From positions 1 through 48,406 of the forward strand of contig JBAXKK010000008.1 in assembly GCA_037137395.1 (NCBI GenBank): a stretch of 48,406 nt of DNA, read 5' to 3'. Below the pieces are notes generated by a model. It was given only the letters and a program-made list of their open reading frames with translations. It searched no databases and was not told where the DNA came from. The translations under genes were made by a program, and so were the position numbers. Position 1 is the first letter of the stretch. Each line of letters begins with the position of its first letter. Below are positions 35,549 to 45,453 of the stretch, in pieces. This DNA is from Elusimicrobiota bacterium. Lineage in GTDB: Bacteria; Elusimicrobiota; Elusimicrobia; Elusimicrobiales; UBA9959.

Positions 35549-36632
35549 AATATCCGTGCTGGCTCTCGCCACCGTGCTGGCCCCGCAACTCAGCGCCGCG
35601 GTCATGGAAGAACTGGCCGCCAAGGTTAACAATGAACCGGTGATGATGTCTGAGTACTCCAAAACCAAGGACATGCTTGTTTCACAGTATCGTGCGGCTA
35701 TGCCCGACTTCTTTAAGGCTAAGGACGCCATGGAGCAGATAGCGAAGGCCGCCATGGACAAACTTATAGATGAAGCTCTCCTGAGGCAGAAGGCCGAGGC
35801 CATGAAGATCAAGGTTTATGACCGGGAACTGGATATGGGCGTGGCCGAGGTCAAAAAGCGTTTTTCGCGAGACGAGAACAACGCGCCGTTGAGCGATGAC
35901 GCCGCCGAAAAGGCGTTCGCGGAAGAGCTAAGAAAAGACGGCATGACGCTGGTGGAATTCCGGGAGCGGATTAAAAAGCAACTGATGGTGCGTAAGCTGG
36001 TAGAAGAGAGCATACGCACCAAAGCCGCCCTCCCAAAGGAATACGAGGTGAGAAATTACTTTGACAGAATAAAGGCCGCCGTGCTGGGTGACAAAACCGC
36101 CTTCGCCGGAATGGATGAAGAAGCCACTCAGGACCTTATGGCGGTAGCGCAGCGCTTTAAGGAATTCACTGCCGAAAGGGCCAGGGTACGGCATATTCTA
36201 TTCAAAGTTGACGAGACCCTTCCCATAACCGAAAAAACCAAGGCTCTTAAAAAAGCCGAAGATGTAAAAAAGGAGCTGGATGGAGGCGCCGACTTTGAAG
36301 ACACGGCATTAAGGGTTTCGGACGATAAGGAAAGCGCCCAGAAAGGCGGAGATCTCGGTTATGTCATCAAAGGCATGCTCCCAAAGGAATTAGAAGATAA
36401 AGCCTTCGGTCTCGCGCTCGGTGAAGTTTCTAAGCCTATCAGCACGCAGTTCGGCTACCACTTGATCCGTGTTGACGAGAAACGTATCGCCCAGAAGCTG
36501 CGTTATGAGACCGTGAAGGACGATCTGGAACAACTCCTAACACAGGCCAATTTCGGCAAAGAACTCGCGATCTATCTGAAGGACCTGCGCAGTAACGCCA
36601 AGATAGAGAACTTTATAGCCGGCGGCAAATAG
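35532..36632 (+). CDS. surA: SurA-like periplasmic chaperone/PPIase
   Basis: Signal peptide, AKVNNE, LIDE.LL.Q.A, RVRHIL, S.D..SA..GGDLG, TQFGYHLI; immediately upstream of pdxA. Confidence 0.8.
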   Translation: MKIINRISVLALATVLAPQLSAAVMEELAAKVNNEPVMMSEYSKTKDMLVSQYRAAMPDFFKAKDAMEQIAKAAMDKLIDEALLRQKAEAMKIKVYDRELDMGVAEVKKRFSRDENNAPLSDDAAEKAFAEELRKDGMTLVEFRERIKKQLMVRKLVEESIRTKAALPKEYEVRNYFDRIKAAVLGDKTAFAGMDEEATQDLMAVAQRFKEFTAERARVRHILFKVDETLPITEKTKALKKAEDVKKELDGGADFEDTALRVSDDKESAQKGGDLGYVIKGMLPKELEDKAFGLALGEVSKPISTQFGYHLIRVDEKRIAQKLRYETVKDDLEQLLTQANFGKELAIYLKDLRSNAKIENFIAGGK

Positions 36633-36671
36633 CAGTATATGGCCGGACTAGTGTATTGTTACACTACACCA

Positions 36672-36705
36672 GCGGGACAGGCCAAAAGCCTGTCCCGTTT
36701 TATTT
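36672..36705 (+). terminator. Hairpin with T-rich tail between surA and pdxA
   Basis: gcgggacaggc-caaaa-gcctgtcccgt-tttattt. Confidence 0.6.
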
Positions 36706-36723
36706 GCGGAACGCGGAAACAAT

Positions 36724-37695
36724 ATGGATAATGCAAAATTTAAAATACTGATAACAGCGGGGGACCCGCTGGGAATAGGCCCGGAAATAACGGTGAAAGC
36801 CCTGAAATCTTCAGCAGCCGCAGGACTTGACCTCACCATCCTGGGCGACACGGCCGCGCTTAAGGCCGCCGGCTTCAAGGCAGGACACGCGGCTTTTATC
36901 CCGATTGACGCCAAAGGTCTGAACTTTAGGAAGCGCGGCCCCGACGCCGCGGCTGGACTGGCATCCTTTAAAGCAGTGCGCCTCGCGCTAAAATTTATCG
37001 AGGCAGGCAGTTTCAACGCTTTGGTCACGGCCCCGATCTCAAAAGAAGCCTGGAAACTGGCAGACATACCCCATACCGGCCATACAGACCTTTTCCGGGC
37101 CCTCACCGGCAGGGAACTGCTTATGGGGTTTACCGCGGGCAAAGTCAGGGCTGCGCTGGTAACCGAACACCTCGCAATAAAGCGCGTGTCCTCGGCTATA
37201 ACCGTAGAACTGATAATGCAAAAAGCGCTTCTTTTTGCCGAGGTGCTGAAGGAGGCTGGAGTGCGGAAACCCCGTATAACACTGGCGGCGCTAAACCCTC
37301 ATTGCGGCGACGGAGGCCTTTTGGGGATAGAGGAAATCACCACACTTAAGCCGGCCATTTCGCGGCTGCGCGCCGGCGGCTTGGATATAACCGGCCCGGT
37401 ACCGGCAGACGCGGCCTGGAGGGAACATCTAAGCGGCCTCTCGGACGGCCTGCTATGCCTTTATCACGACCAGGCGCTGGTGCCTCTAAAAATAATCCCC
37501 GGCGCAGCACGCGCGGCGCACTGGACCGCAGGCCTGCCTTTCATCCGGACTTCTCCCGCACACGGTACAGCCTTTGATATAGCCGGAAAAGGCATCGCAA
37601 GCGCCGCCAGCATGAAAGAAGCGATCAAACTAGCGCGGCAGAGCGGCAGCAAGGCAGCGCGGCAAGGCAGCGCCTCACTCACCACTCGCCATTAA
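36724..37695 (+). CDS. pdxA: 4-hydroxythreonine-4-phosphate dehydrogenase
   Basis: GDPLGIGPEI, VTAPISK, GHT, NPH.GDGG, YHDQ, RTSPAHGTAFDIAGKG. Confidence 0.92.
   Translation: MDNAKFKILITAGDPLGIGPEITVKALKSSAAAGLDLTILGDTAALKAAGFKAGHAAFIPIDAKGLNFRKRGPDAAAGLASFKAVRLALKFIEAGSFNALVTAPISKEAWKLADIPHTGHTDLFRALTGRELLMGFTAGKVRAALVTEHLAIKRVSSAITVELIMQKALLFAEVLKEAGVRKPRITLAALNPHCGDGGLLGIEEITTLKPAISRLRAGGLDITGPVPADAAWREHLSGLSDGLLCLYHDQALVPLKIIPGAARAAHWTAGLPFIRTSPAHGTAFDIAGKGIASAASMKEAIKLARQSGSKAARQGSASLTTRH
37631..37695. repeat. Octamer/heptamer units forming the pdxA C-terminal tail
   Basis: tagcgcgg cagagcgg cagcaagg cagcgcgg ... ctcactc accactc gccatta, encoding LARQSGSKAARQGSASLTTRH. Confidence 0.7.
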
Positions 37696-37704
37696 TAACT
37701 GTTG

Positions 37705-38496
37705 TTATGGGATTTGTTCCAGCTTGACATCAACTTTTTTAGGGACAGCTATAGCGGAGTAAAAATTTTGCTCTTTTGTCCCGTTGTCAGCCGCCATAGC
37801 CAACGGGTCCACCCGATAGAGCACCACGGTTTCTTTCGCCGATCTCTTCAGGCCGTCTATCTTGAATATACCGCTGGGCAAATCCGAAACCGAAACCAGA
37901 ATGAGCATCTCTTCCCTTGAAAATTCTATCTGCGGAAAGATACCTTTATGCGTGGAGGCGAAAGCCCGCCATGTTTCAGAGTCGCTGAAAATCTTGTAAT
38001 CCACAGGCGCCGAGATCATGGACTTATCCGCCGTCACGGAAGCGTTTTTCCCCAGTTTAGGCACAGCGGCATAACTCAAAGGAGCCCCGGGCGTACCCGG
38101 GCTTTCAACAACTATCTTTTTATCAAGATCTTTATCGGTCAGGTAAACGGGCGTGGTTTTATTTTTACCGGAACCGGACATATCAGCCAGCATGTCCGCC
38201 ATGTTTTGGGGTTCTTCAGCCAAGCCTTCGAATTCCCCGCCTTTGACCATCATCATCGCCCCTTCGGATTGGACACTTTCCGTAGTAAGGCCGATTCGGT
38301 AGGATACAGGAGCAGTTTCCTTAGTGCCGGCGCTGGCGCGCGCTTCTGCCATTATCCGCTCGGCCTGTGCGAGAGCGCTGAACTGCTCAACGGGTTTCCC
38401 GGTGCCGCACCGCTCCAAAACCATCAGCCCCAGGAAAACGCAAAGGATTCCCAGAAAGATAGCGATCAGGAGTTTAATAGTCTTTGTATTCATCAT
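37705..38496 (-). CDS. Membrane-anchored hypothetical protein, C-terminal PrcB_C-like domain possible
   Basis: N-terminal TM helix; W..F...H....PQIEFS.E.LI.V pattern in the C-terminal domain (weak recognition). Confidence 0.65.
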   Translation of the reverse strand: MMNTKTIKLLIAIFLGILCVFLGLMVLERCGTGKPVEQFSALAQAERIMAEARASAGTKETAPVSYRIGLTTESVQSEGAMMMVKGGEFEGLAEEPQNMADMLADMSGSGKNKTTPVYLTDKDLDKKIVVESPGTPGAPLSYAAVPKLGKNASVTADKSMISAPVDYKIFSDSETWRAFASTHKGIFPQIEFSREEMLILVSVSDLPSGIFKIDGLKRSAKETVVLYRVDPLAMAADNGTKEQNFYSAIAVPKKVDVKLEQIP

Positions 38497-38721
38497 GAGA
38501 TACCGCGATAATTTTACAAATTTACCGCTTGCGCCATATAGCCCTTATTGCTACACCTGCACAGGCATTGTACAATAATTTAACTATTATTTATTATTTC
38601 TGTAACACTTAAAAACTAGAATTATCATAATGAGTTATGAACAAATTTTTATCATGAGAAACCTTATATCAGCAAGAACACTCAGCCAGGCCAAAAATCA
38701 GCGACTCCATGGAGTTTTAAT

Positions 38722-40383
38722 ATGAAATATTGGGCATACATAAACAATGAGATCCTCGGCCCTTACGAAAAAGAGAAGCTCTTAGAGCTCCCTGTGTTTC
38801 GAGCGACAACTCTGATCTGCCCGCAAACGCCGGTCGGAACTACTACTGAGGACTGGAAAGAAGCATCCGTCTATCCGGAGATAGCCGCCATGCTCGGCAC
38901 CGCGGTAACCCCCGCGGCGGAACAATTCAAACCCGATACCGGCATCCCCGGGTCTGAGGTAAAAAGCGAGCATTCGCAGCCCGTATTTAATGCTGAAATG
39001 CCGGAAAGCAGGCTGAAGCCGCTATCGCTTCATTCGATAGATCAAACTCCTCCGGAAGCGGCGCCTCACATAGACGGAGCGGATTTCCAGGTCAATCACC
39101 TTAGCGGAGAAAAAAACCAGCAGGAAACCGGGGGGCAACAGCCTGCGCCAAGTTTCACCAGCTCCAATTTCGATCCCATGAGCATTTCGCAGATAGATAA
39201 TCGCGCGGAGGGGTTTGACACGCACCGACAAGAAACCCAGATGTCAACCGAAGCGGTCTCTGCTCAGGACTCTGAAAAACAAGCCTCACCGGCAGACAAG
39301 GAAATGATGAACGGAATAAGCTCCCGGCTTGAAGCGCTGACCAGAAATTCACTTACGAGACAGGATATCGAACCCCTCAAAGATAAACTCGGCCAGATGG
39401 GAGAAGTCCTGTCTTCAATAAAGGCCAGTCAGTTTCAGCGCGAAGTGATGGATAAAATCCAGTACCTTGAAAACGCCGTTTCAGAGATAAAAGCTTCTTT
39501 GGCCCAAGCCCCGGCTGCCGCGAGCCCCAAGATGGCAAGCGAAAGAGTTCTGGCCCCCGCGGAACAGAAGGCGCCGCCGGAAAGCGCTAAGCAGGAGATC
39601 ATTGACCAGGGCTCCAGCGGAAAAAAATCGACCATCGCGTGGATAATAAAGAAAATATTTAAATTATTTATAACCTTAATACTGCTGGCCGCGGTGGTGG
39701 GTGGAGCCGCTTTCGCTTTAAAGAATTTTGGTGTTTTTGATGTCACCAAGTTTATACCCTTCCCTGTCCCCTTCTTAAGCGCGTCACGGTCCGCAGAGAC
39801 GCCGGCGGCCCCTCAGCCATTCCAGGCTGTCGCCCAGACGCCCGCTCAGCAGACACCTGCTCCCCAAGCCGAGCCAGCCAAGAGAGACCTTACGCCCGAA
39901 ATCATCTTTATCGGCAGGACATTTGAGACGAAAACCGCCGGGGTCACCCTTGAGACCAGGATCTATGAAGACGCGCAAACCAGAAACGGCAATTTCAACA
40001 TCGCGACCTGGCAGGCCAAAGAACTTCCTAACGGCCTGTTCGAACTGAACGCAATCATCCCTTTAGCAGACCGGACAGGTCAGCTGGTTTACAGCTATGA
40101 AGTTGATTATGCGAAAAAAACCGTACAATCGCTGGACGCCGCGAGCGCAAAGCCGCTGAACGCCACATGGAATGTCGCCCAGGATCCTAAACAGAACAAA
40201 CCACAGATAAAAAAAGGCCGTCAGGGGACTGGCGCGGCCGCTGTAAAAGGCCGTCAGCCCAAGCCCGCCGCAAAGCCGGCCGCGAAGCCGGCACCCAAAA
40301 GTGTGACTGAAAAACCGGCGGACGCGGCAGACGAAGAATATGAATATGTGTATGAGGATGAAACCGGGGCCACTGAAGAGTAA
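38722..40383 (+). CDS. Bitopic membrane protein with N-terminal GYF_2 (DUF4339)-like domain
   Basis: YW..INNE..GPY....L...TL.C....DWK.A; long low-complexity linker, coiled coil, TM at about aa 315-335, acidic tail. Confidence 0.75.
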   Translation: MKYWAYINNEILGPYEKEKLLELPVFRATTLICPQTPVGTTTEDWKEASVYPEIAAMLGTAVTPAAEQFKPDTGIPGSEVKSEHSQPVFNAEMPESRLKPLSLHSIDQTPPEAAPHIDGADFQVNHLSGEKNQQETGGQQPAPSFTSSNFDPMSISQIDNRAEGFDTHRQETQMSTEAVSAQDSEKQASPADKEMMNGISSRLEALTRNSLTRQDIEPLKDKLGQMGEVLSSIKASQFQREVMDKIQYLENAVSEIKASLAQAPAAASPKMASERVLAPAEQKAPPESAKQEIIDQGSSGKKSTIAWIIKKIFKLFITLILLAAVVGGAAFALKNFGVFDVTKFIPFPVPFLSASRSAETPAAPQPFQAVAQTPAQQTPAPQAEPAKRDLTPEIIFIGRTFETKTAGVTLETRIYEDAQTRNGNFNIATWQAKELPNGLFELNAIIPLADRTGQLVYSYEVDYAKKTVQSLDAASAKPLNATWNVAQDPKQNKPQIKKGRQGTGAAAVKGRQPKPAAKPAAKPAPKSVTEKPADAADEEYEYVYEDETGATEE

Positions 40384-40416
40384 AACCAGTGACCGGAGAT
40401 CAGCTCTTTATCACTA

Positions 40417-41490
40417 TTATTTTCTGATAGTTTTCAGACCGCCCCTGGCACGCTGCCTTTCAAAAGCCAACTTTACCAGCCGGTCGGAAAGCTTCACGGG
40501 ATCGAGACCTGTGTTTTTCCACAGCACGGGATAAAGGCTGTGCGAAGTGAAGCCGGGAATAGTGTTTATCTCGCAGAAATAAAACTCATTTTCCTTTTTG
40601 GGATTCACAAGAAAGTCCACCCTGGCCATGCCGTGGCAGCCGAGGGCCTTAAATATTTCCACTGAAAACTCCCGCATTTTTAAAGCCGTTTTGGCGGATA
40701 TCGGCGCAGGCACCAGAAAGTCCATGCCGTTATTGTCCAGGTATTTGGCCTCATAATCAAAAAACTCATGTTTGCCTTTCGGTCTGACTTCTCCGGGCAC
40801 GCTTGAACCGGCGGCCAGGGCAGACCCCAGCACTCCGCAGACTATTTCTCTGGCGCGATCCACCCCCTTTTCTATCATAACTCTGGAATCAAAACGGAAT
40901 GCGAAAGCCACGGCGCCTGCCAGATCTTTAAACGCTTTAACCTTGGTAACACCTACGGAAGAACCCAGCTGAACCGGCTTGACGAAGAGAGGTAGACCCA
41001 GGCGCCGCGCCGATTTTATTCCGGCGTCTACACTTCGCTTCTCCCGGCTGGATATTTCCACATGTGGCAGGACGGGAAGCCCGCGCTTAAGCGCGATATC
41101 TTTTGAAAGCACCTTATCCATGCCCGCGGCGGAAGCAAGAACCCCCGACCCGACATAAGGCAGCCCCAACAGCTCCAGAAAGCCCTGCAATACGCCGTCC
41201 TCTCCGGTGGAGCCGTGAATCAGCGGGAATACAGCATCCAGTTTCATAGGCCTGCCGTCCAGCATAAAGTCCCCTTTCTCAAGGGAAGGCTCTATCTTAC
41301 CGCCCGTAACTCTGCCTCCTGAAACAGTTTCCGGAGCGGCCTTACGCCACGCGCCACGCTGCGGGATATAAATTGGTATTACTTTGTAACCCGCCAGGCA
41401 AAGATTCTGCATCATGCTCTTGGCCGATTCGACAGAGACCTCATGTTCCGCGGACTTGCCGCCGAAGATAACTCCAATTTTCTTATTCAT
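40417..41490 (-). CDS. ddl: D-alanine--D-alanine ligase
   Basis: FGGKSAEHEVS, HGSTGEDG.LQG, FVKP..GSSVG, FDYEAKY, RVDF, EINTIPGFT..S.YP. Confidence 0.97.
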   Translation of the reverse strand: MNKKIGVIFGGKSAEHEVSVESAKSMMQNLCLAGYKVIPIYIPQRGAWRKAAPETVSGGRVTGGKIEPSLEKGDFMLDGRPMKLDAVFPLIHGSTGEDGVLQGFLELLGLPYVGSGVLASAAGMDKVLSKDIALKRGLPVLPHVEISSREKRSVDAGIKSARRLGLPLFVKPVQLGSSVGVTKVKAFKDLAGAVAFAFRFDSRVMIEKGVDRAREIVCGVLGSALAAGSSVPGEVRPKGKHEFFDYEAKYLDNNGMDFLVPAPISAKTALKMREFSVEIFKALGCHGMARVDFLVNPKKENEFYFCEINTIPGFTSHSLYPVLWKNTGLDPVKLSDRLVKLAFERQRARGGLKTIRK

Positions 41491-41516
41491 AATAAACTCC
41501 TTATGTCCTTAGTCCT

Positions 41517-42587
41517 CTATCTGCCGACCGCGCTGATCACCCCTCCGCCCAGCACCCTGTCGCCCTCATAAAACACCAGCGACTGCCCCTTCGCCGGCGC
41601 GAACTGCGGCTCGGTAAAAACTCCGGAAAAGCCATCGCCTTCGCAAGAGACGACAAGACAGGGAGCCGGTTTATGATGGTAGCGCACCTGCGCGTCAACA
41701 CATGCGCCGGCCGCCGGCTTTTTAGCCAGCCAGTTAATCCCTGAAATCTCCACCTTGTTAAAACAGGCATCTGAAAGTTTACCCAGCACCACCTCGTTGG
41801 TTTCCGGCCTCAGCGCCACAACGTAGAGACGTTCCCCCCCATATACGCCAAGGCCGCGCCGCTGGCCGATAGTATAATTAAAAAATCCGTCATGCCGGCC
41901 CAGCTTTTTTCCGTTCGCGTCCACAATTCTCCCCGGACGGGGCTTAACTCCGCCGGTATGCTTAAGATATTTATCGTAACCCCCCTTCCCCACGAAACAG
42001 ATATCATTACTCTCTTTTTCTTTGGCGGCAGGCAGATCCAGCTCACCGGCGATACGCCGGACCTCTTTCTTGGCCATCCCGCCTAAGGGAAAAAGGATAT
42101 TAGGCAATTGTTCCTTTTTGAGACAGTAAAGAAAATAGCTTTGGTCCTTCAGAGGGTCGAAGCCGCGCATAAGACGCCATCCGTCCTGACCTTTCTCTAT
42201 TCGCGCGTAGTGACCCGTGGCCAGATATTCAGCGCCAAAAGCCTTGGCCAGCTCAAAAAGATAATCGAATTTTAAAAAACGATTGCAGTCCACGCAGGGA
42301 TTGGGAGTGGACCCGGCAAGATAACTTTTCACGAATTCATCTATGACGTGTTTTTTGAAGATATCGCCGGCGTTCTTGACATAATGCCTGACGCCTAGAG
42401 TATCGCATACCGCCCGCGCCTTAGCCCCCGATTCCGCCGCGCCGCAGCAGGCCACCTTAGCGTTCTCAGGCGAGAACAGATTCAGCGTAACGCCGATAAC
42501 CTCATATCCTTCTTTCTGCAAAAGCGCAGCGGCGGCGGAAGAATCCACCCCGCCAGACATAGCCACTACGACTTTTTTCTTCATCAT
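41517..42587 (-). CDS. mnmA: tRNA 2-thiouridine(34) synthase
   Basis: AMSGGVDSS, TPNPCVDCN..LKF, ATGHYA, KDQSYFL, ES.DICF, TIGQRRG, GQ..VFY. Confidence 0.97.
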   Translation of the reverse strand: MMKKKVVVAMSGGVDSSAAAALLQKEGYEVIGVTLNLFSPENAKVACCGAAESGAKARAVCDTLGVRHYVKNAGDIFKKHVIDEFVKSYLAGSTPNPCVDCNRFLKFDYLFELAKAFGAEYLATGHYARIEKGQDGWRLMRGFDPLKDQSYFLYCLKKEQLPNILFPLGGMAKKEVRRIAGELDLPAAKEKESNDICFVGKGGYDKYLKHTGGVKPRPGRIVDANGKKLGRHDGFFNYTIGQRRGLGVYGGERLYVVALRPETNEVVLGKLSDACFNKVEISGINWLAKKPAAGACVDAQVRYHHKPAPCLVVSCEGDGFSGVFTEPQFAPAKGQSLVFYEGDRVLGGGVISAVGR

Positions 42588-42613
42588 AACTCGACAAATT
42601 TCCTGCCGCATCT

Positions 42614-43330
42614 TTACTGTTTTAAAAGCAAGGAGCGCAGCTTATTTAAATCTTTTGTAAAAGCCGGAACTTTAACGAACTGCGAGTAAAGGCTGTCTGC
42701 CAGGCGCTTCCCGGCCTCGATATCTGACGGGTGATGAACGCCGGAGATCACCCTGTTTAACGCGGCCGCGTCAGCCTTGGCCATAAAAACATCTTTTTTA
42801 GCCGGGACAAGGCCGGAGAGGATCAGCGCGAACACTCTTGATATCGTCGCGTGGCCGCTTGGGTAGGCGAGAGGGCCGATCTTACCGCGAGAGGGGTCGA
42901 TGCAGGGCTTAAGCGTGGAATCTCTTTTAAAAGGTCGCTGCCTGTTATAGTGACTCTTTATCACTACAACAGTCTCATCGGTGTCGGCTTTTATTTTAGC
43001 AAGGATGGCGGCGGCTTTTTTGGGAAGCGGCTTCGGGAACGGGGAGACAGCGCCGAACACTTCTTCGTAGGACGCGCTCGTTTCAGATTTAGCGCGCTCA
43101 CATTCCGCCTGAGTCCGCTTATTCTGCCACTCATGAAGCGTCACCATGTCTATTTTGTCTAAATCTGATCCATCGGCAGGGGCCGGAGCGATCTGGGAAA
43201 TTGACTGCGTGCCGGGGTCAAGATAGTGTCCGGCATGGCTTATAAGTTTTGTCTGCCCCTCTCCGGCGCTCACGCCGCTAAGCAGTGATATTGACAGGAT
43301 TAAACCAAGCAGGAGTTTTCTTTTCATCAT
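42614..43330 (-). CDS. Secreted class A non-specific acid phosphatase (PAP2 family)
   Basis: K-x6-RP, YPSGH, R.ISGVHHPSD; signal peptide from MMKRK. Confidence 0.9.
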   Translation of the reverse strand: MMKRKLLLGLILSISLLSGVSAGEGQTKLISHAGHYLDPGTQSISQIAPAPADGSDLDKIDMVTLHEWQNKRTQAECERAKSETSASYEEVFGAVSPFPKPLPKKAAAILAKIKADTDETVVVIKSHYNRQRPFKRDSTLKPCIDPSRGKIGPLAYPSGHATISRVFALILSGLVPAKKDVFMAKADAAALNRVISGVHHPSDIEAGKRLADSLYSQFVKVPAFTKDLNKLRSLLLKQ

Positions 43331-43481
43331 ATGAATATTTTGACTTTTTTGGGGACTTCCGCGCAAAGCTGATAGCCGTTTTCACTGCCGCGTCCGGTTA
43401 ACCTTACCAGTTTTATCATCCCATTTTCAATTTAAGGTTGTCCCCATTCCCCGGGCAATAATCCAGCCGTAATCTGCGCGC

Positions 43482-43501
43482 AAAAAGGCGTATGCCTTTT
43501 C
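43482..43501 (-). terminator. Short terminator-like hairpin after tcdA
   Basis: aaaaggc-gtat-gcctttt. Confidence 0.5.
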
Positions 43502-43504
43502 TTA

Positions 43505-44329
43505 TCATTCCGGTGATCCGATGAGATGCCGGACCGCAATCGAGGCGCAAGCCATCCCAAAAGCGCCGGTCACAAAACCTGCCGTTCCCAATACGACGCT
43601 CTTCTTTGTGCAGCTCTGAAAGTCGTTTTCGCCCTGGGGACATAAGCACCCCGCCTTGCAGTCGGTCAGTTCCGTAGATTCATGGGGTTTTCTAAACTGT
43701 TCTAAAGTGCAGACGGCCTGGACGCCGAAATCCCCTTTTTTGGGGAAATTGTATTTTTCGCGCAGTATGCCGCGCACCGCCCGCGCCAGCGGGTCCATCT
43801 CGGTCCTTCCAAGGTCCATAACGCGCACCTGTGTGGGATCCAGGCGGCCGCCAGAGCCGGTGGAAACCACCAGCGGAATTTTCTTTTCGCGGCAATAGTT
43901 GATAAGAAAACATTTTGAAGTAATATGATCGATGGCGTCTATCACAAAATCCGGGCGTTCGGCCATCATTGATTCCGAAGTCGTATCGTTAAAGAAGCTA
44001 GCTACGCCGTCCACGCGCGCCTCGGGGTTAACAAGGCGCAGGCGTTCGGCCAGAAGCACCGCTTTATGCTTGCCGATAGTTCCGCTCAGCGCCTGAAGCT
44101 GACGGTTAAAATTCCGGATGCAAACGGTGTCGAAATCCACCACCGTTATACGCCCGACCGCGGCGCGCGCCACGGTTTCCGCCGCCCAGGAACCAACTCC
44201 GCCGCAGCCTATCACCATTACATGGGCCTTCTTCAGCTTTTCCATCGCCTCCGGCCCCACCAGCCGCGTCATCCGGTCAAAGCGGCGCTCCGGGTCTTCC
44301 ATCTGTGAAAATTTATTCGTTTCATTCAT
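43505..44329 (-). CDS. tcdA: tRNA threonylcarbamoyladenosine dehydratase
   Basis: GCGGVGSWAAE, DFDTVC..N.NRQ, DAID, G.GGRLDPT, DPLAR.VR..LR. Confidence 0.92.
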   Translation of the reverse strand: MNETNKFSQMEDPERRFDRMTRLVGPEAMEKLKKAHVMVIGCGGVGSWAAETVARAAVGRITVVDFDTVCIRNFNRQLQALSGTIGKHKAVLLAERLRLVNPEARVDGVASFFNDTTSESMMAERPDFVIDAIDHITSKCFLINYCREKKIPLVVSTGSGGRLDPTQVRVMDLGRTEMDPLARAVRGILREKYNFPKKGDFGVQAVCTLEQFRKPHESTELTDCKAGCLCPQGENDFQSCTKKSVVLGTAGFVTGAFGMACASIAVRHLIGSPE

Positions 44330-44394
44330 GCTGCGCCTGACTCCTGAGATAAGTTTTAACCGCCAGCTTTTGTATGTCCGATAAAAAATTGCCT

Positions 44395-44724
44395 CTATTT
44401 CTTGTTTTTACGCTCCTCTTCGCGAGGAGGCAGGTTTTTAAGCGTATAGCCTACGACCTCCGCCATTTTCTCTTTGTCTTCCAGCCATTCGGCGTTTACC
44501 TGACACGTGTTTTTGCTGCCGGGATAGGCGCGCGTTTTTTGATCATTGAATAAGCGTATTGTCCGGTCGGTCGTCTTCAGGAACAAAGTATCGCCGCATA
44601 CGAGTCCGAAGATCCTCCCTGAACTATAGACGCAATATCCCCCCATCATAGGCCGGAATGTCACCTCAGGAACAAGGCGCAGAGCGTCTTTAAAAAATTC
44701 GATCATATCCGAAGATGCAGCCAT
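44395..44724 (-). CDS. TfoX/Sxy N-terminal domain protein
   Basis: MA.S.D.IEF, FRPMMGGY.VY..G.IFGL...D.LFLK, AYPG.K; start moved to the ATG at 44724. Confidence 0.85.
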   Translation of the reverse strand: MAASSDMIEFFKDALRLVPEVTFRPMMGGYCVYSSGRIFGLVCGDTLFLKTTDRTIRLFNDQKTRAYPGSKNTCQVNAEWLEDKEKMAEVVGYTLKNLPPREEERKNKK

Positions 44725-44803
44725 ATTATCAGACGCCTTACCCTTTAAATCAGAGGTTTCATATTTTCTTTTCAAAAAGGCTCCTGCTGCCTTTTTTGCC
44801 GAC

Positions 44804-44832
44804 AAAAAAACGGCGGGGAGGACCGCCGTTTT
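44804..44832 (-). terminator. Intrinsic terminator
   Basis: aaaacggcgg-ggagga-ccgccgtttt with a T7 tail on the minus strand. Confidence 0.75.
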
Positions 44833-44853
44833 CGCAATTCCGGCCGGACCGGG

Positions 44854-45264
44854 TCACTCCGCTATAGCGCACTCGTAATAGTCCTTGGTCTTAGAGCAGG
44901 AAACATTGCCCGCGGACTGTGACAGGCTGGGATCGTCCTCAACCGGGTAAATACCGTTAGCGTAAAGGGCGTCTATTATCTTTGCCGCGGCGTCGGTATG
45001 AACTATCAACTTCTCAGCGCCGTTCACATTAACAAAAAACGAACAGGCGTCGTACATTTCAGAAGCGCAGGTAAGACTGCGCACCGCCAGCGTGTCGGAG
45101 CTTCCATCAATGATGTGAAGAGGCAGATCCTCAAGTTTGGCCATAAGATTCAGTGCCTCCCACATTTTCTGGGCAGCCGGACCGTTAACCCGCATTCTCG
45201 CGGCGTGAACGCTCAGGACCGCGCCAGTTAAAACCATAAAAGCTATAAGTATGTTCTTTTTCAT
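44854..45264 (-). CDS. Small secreted protein with two Cys pairs
   Basis: GGAGG RBS, signal peptide ending VHA, LTC...AC and VSC...EC half-repeats. Confidence 0.75.
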   Translation of the reverse strand: MKKNILIAFMVLTGAVLSVHAARMRVNGPAAQKMWEALNLMAKLEDLPLHIIDGSSDTLAVRSLTCASEMYDACSFFVNVNGAEKLIVHTDAAAKIIDALYANGIYPVEDDPSLSQSAGNVSCSKTKDYYECAIAE

Positions 45265-45453
45265 TAATCCTCCGAACATTATCGCTCTTTTAATTCTACC
45301 AAACTTCCGTTGTGAGCCTCAAAGTCTCCACGCTGTTCCCCATATCCACCTTTAGTTTTGCATGTTGAGGGCAGACGGATGTTAATTCTTTATGGTCTGG
45401 CAACATAGAGCGGGAAGAATCGCTTATTTGACCGCAAATTCTGCCAACCTCAC

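Noticed and set aside
44799..44816. CCGACA-N6-CGGCGG upstream of the TfoX gene as a fourth damage-box site
   Set aside because: There is no -10 box at N10 spacing, and the sequence is explained by the terminator hairpin.
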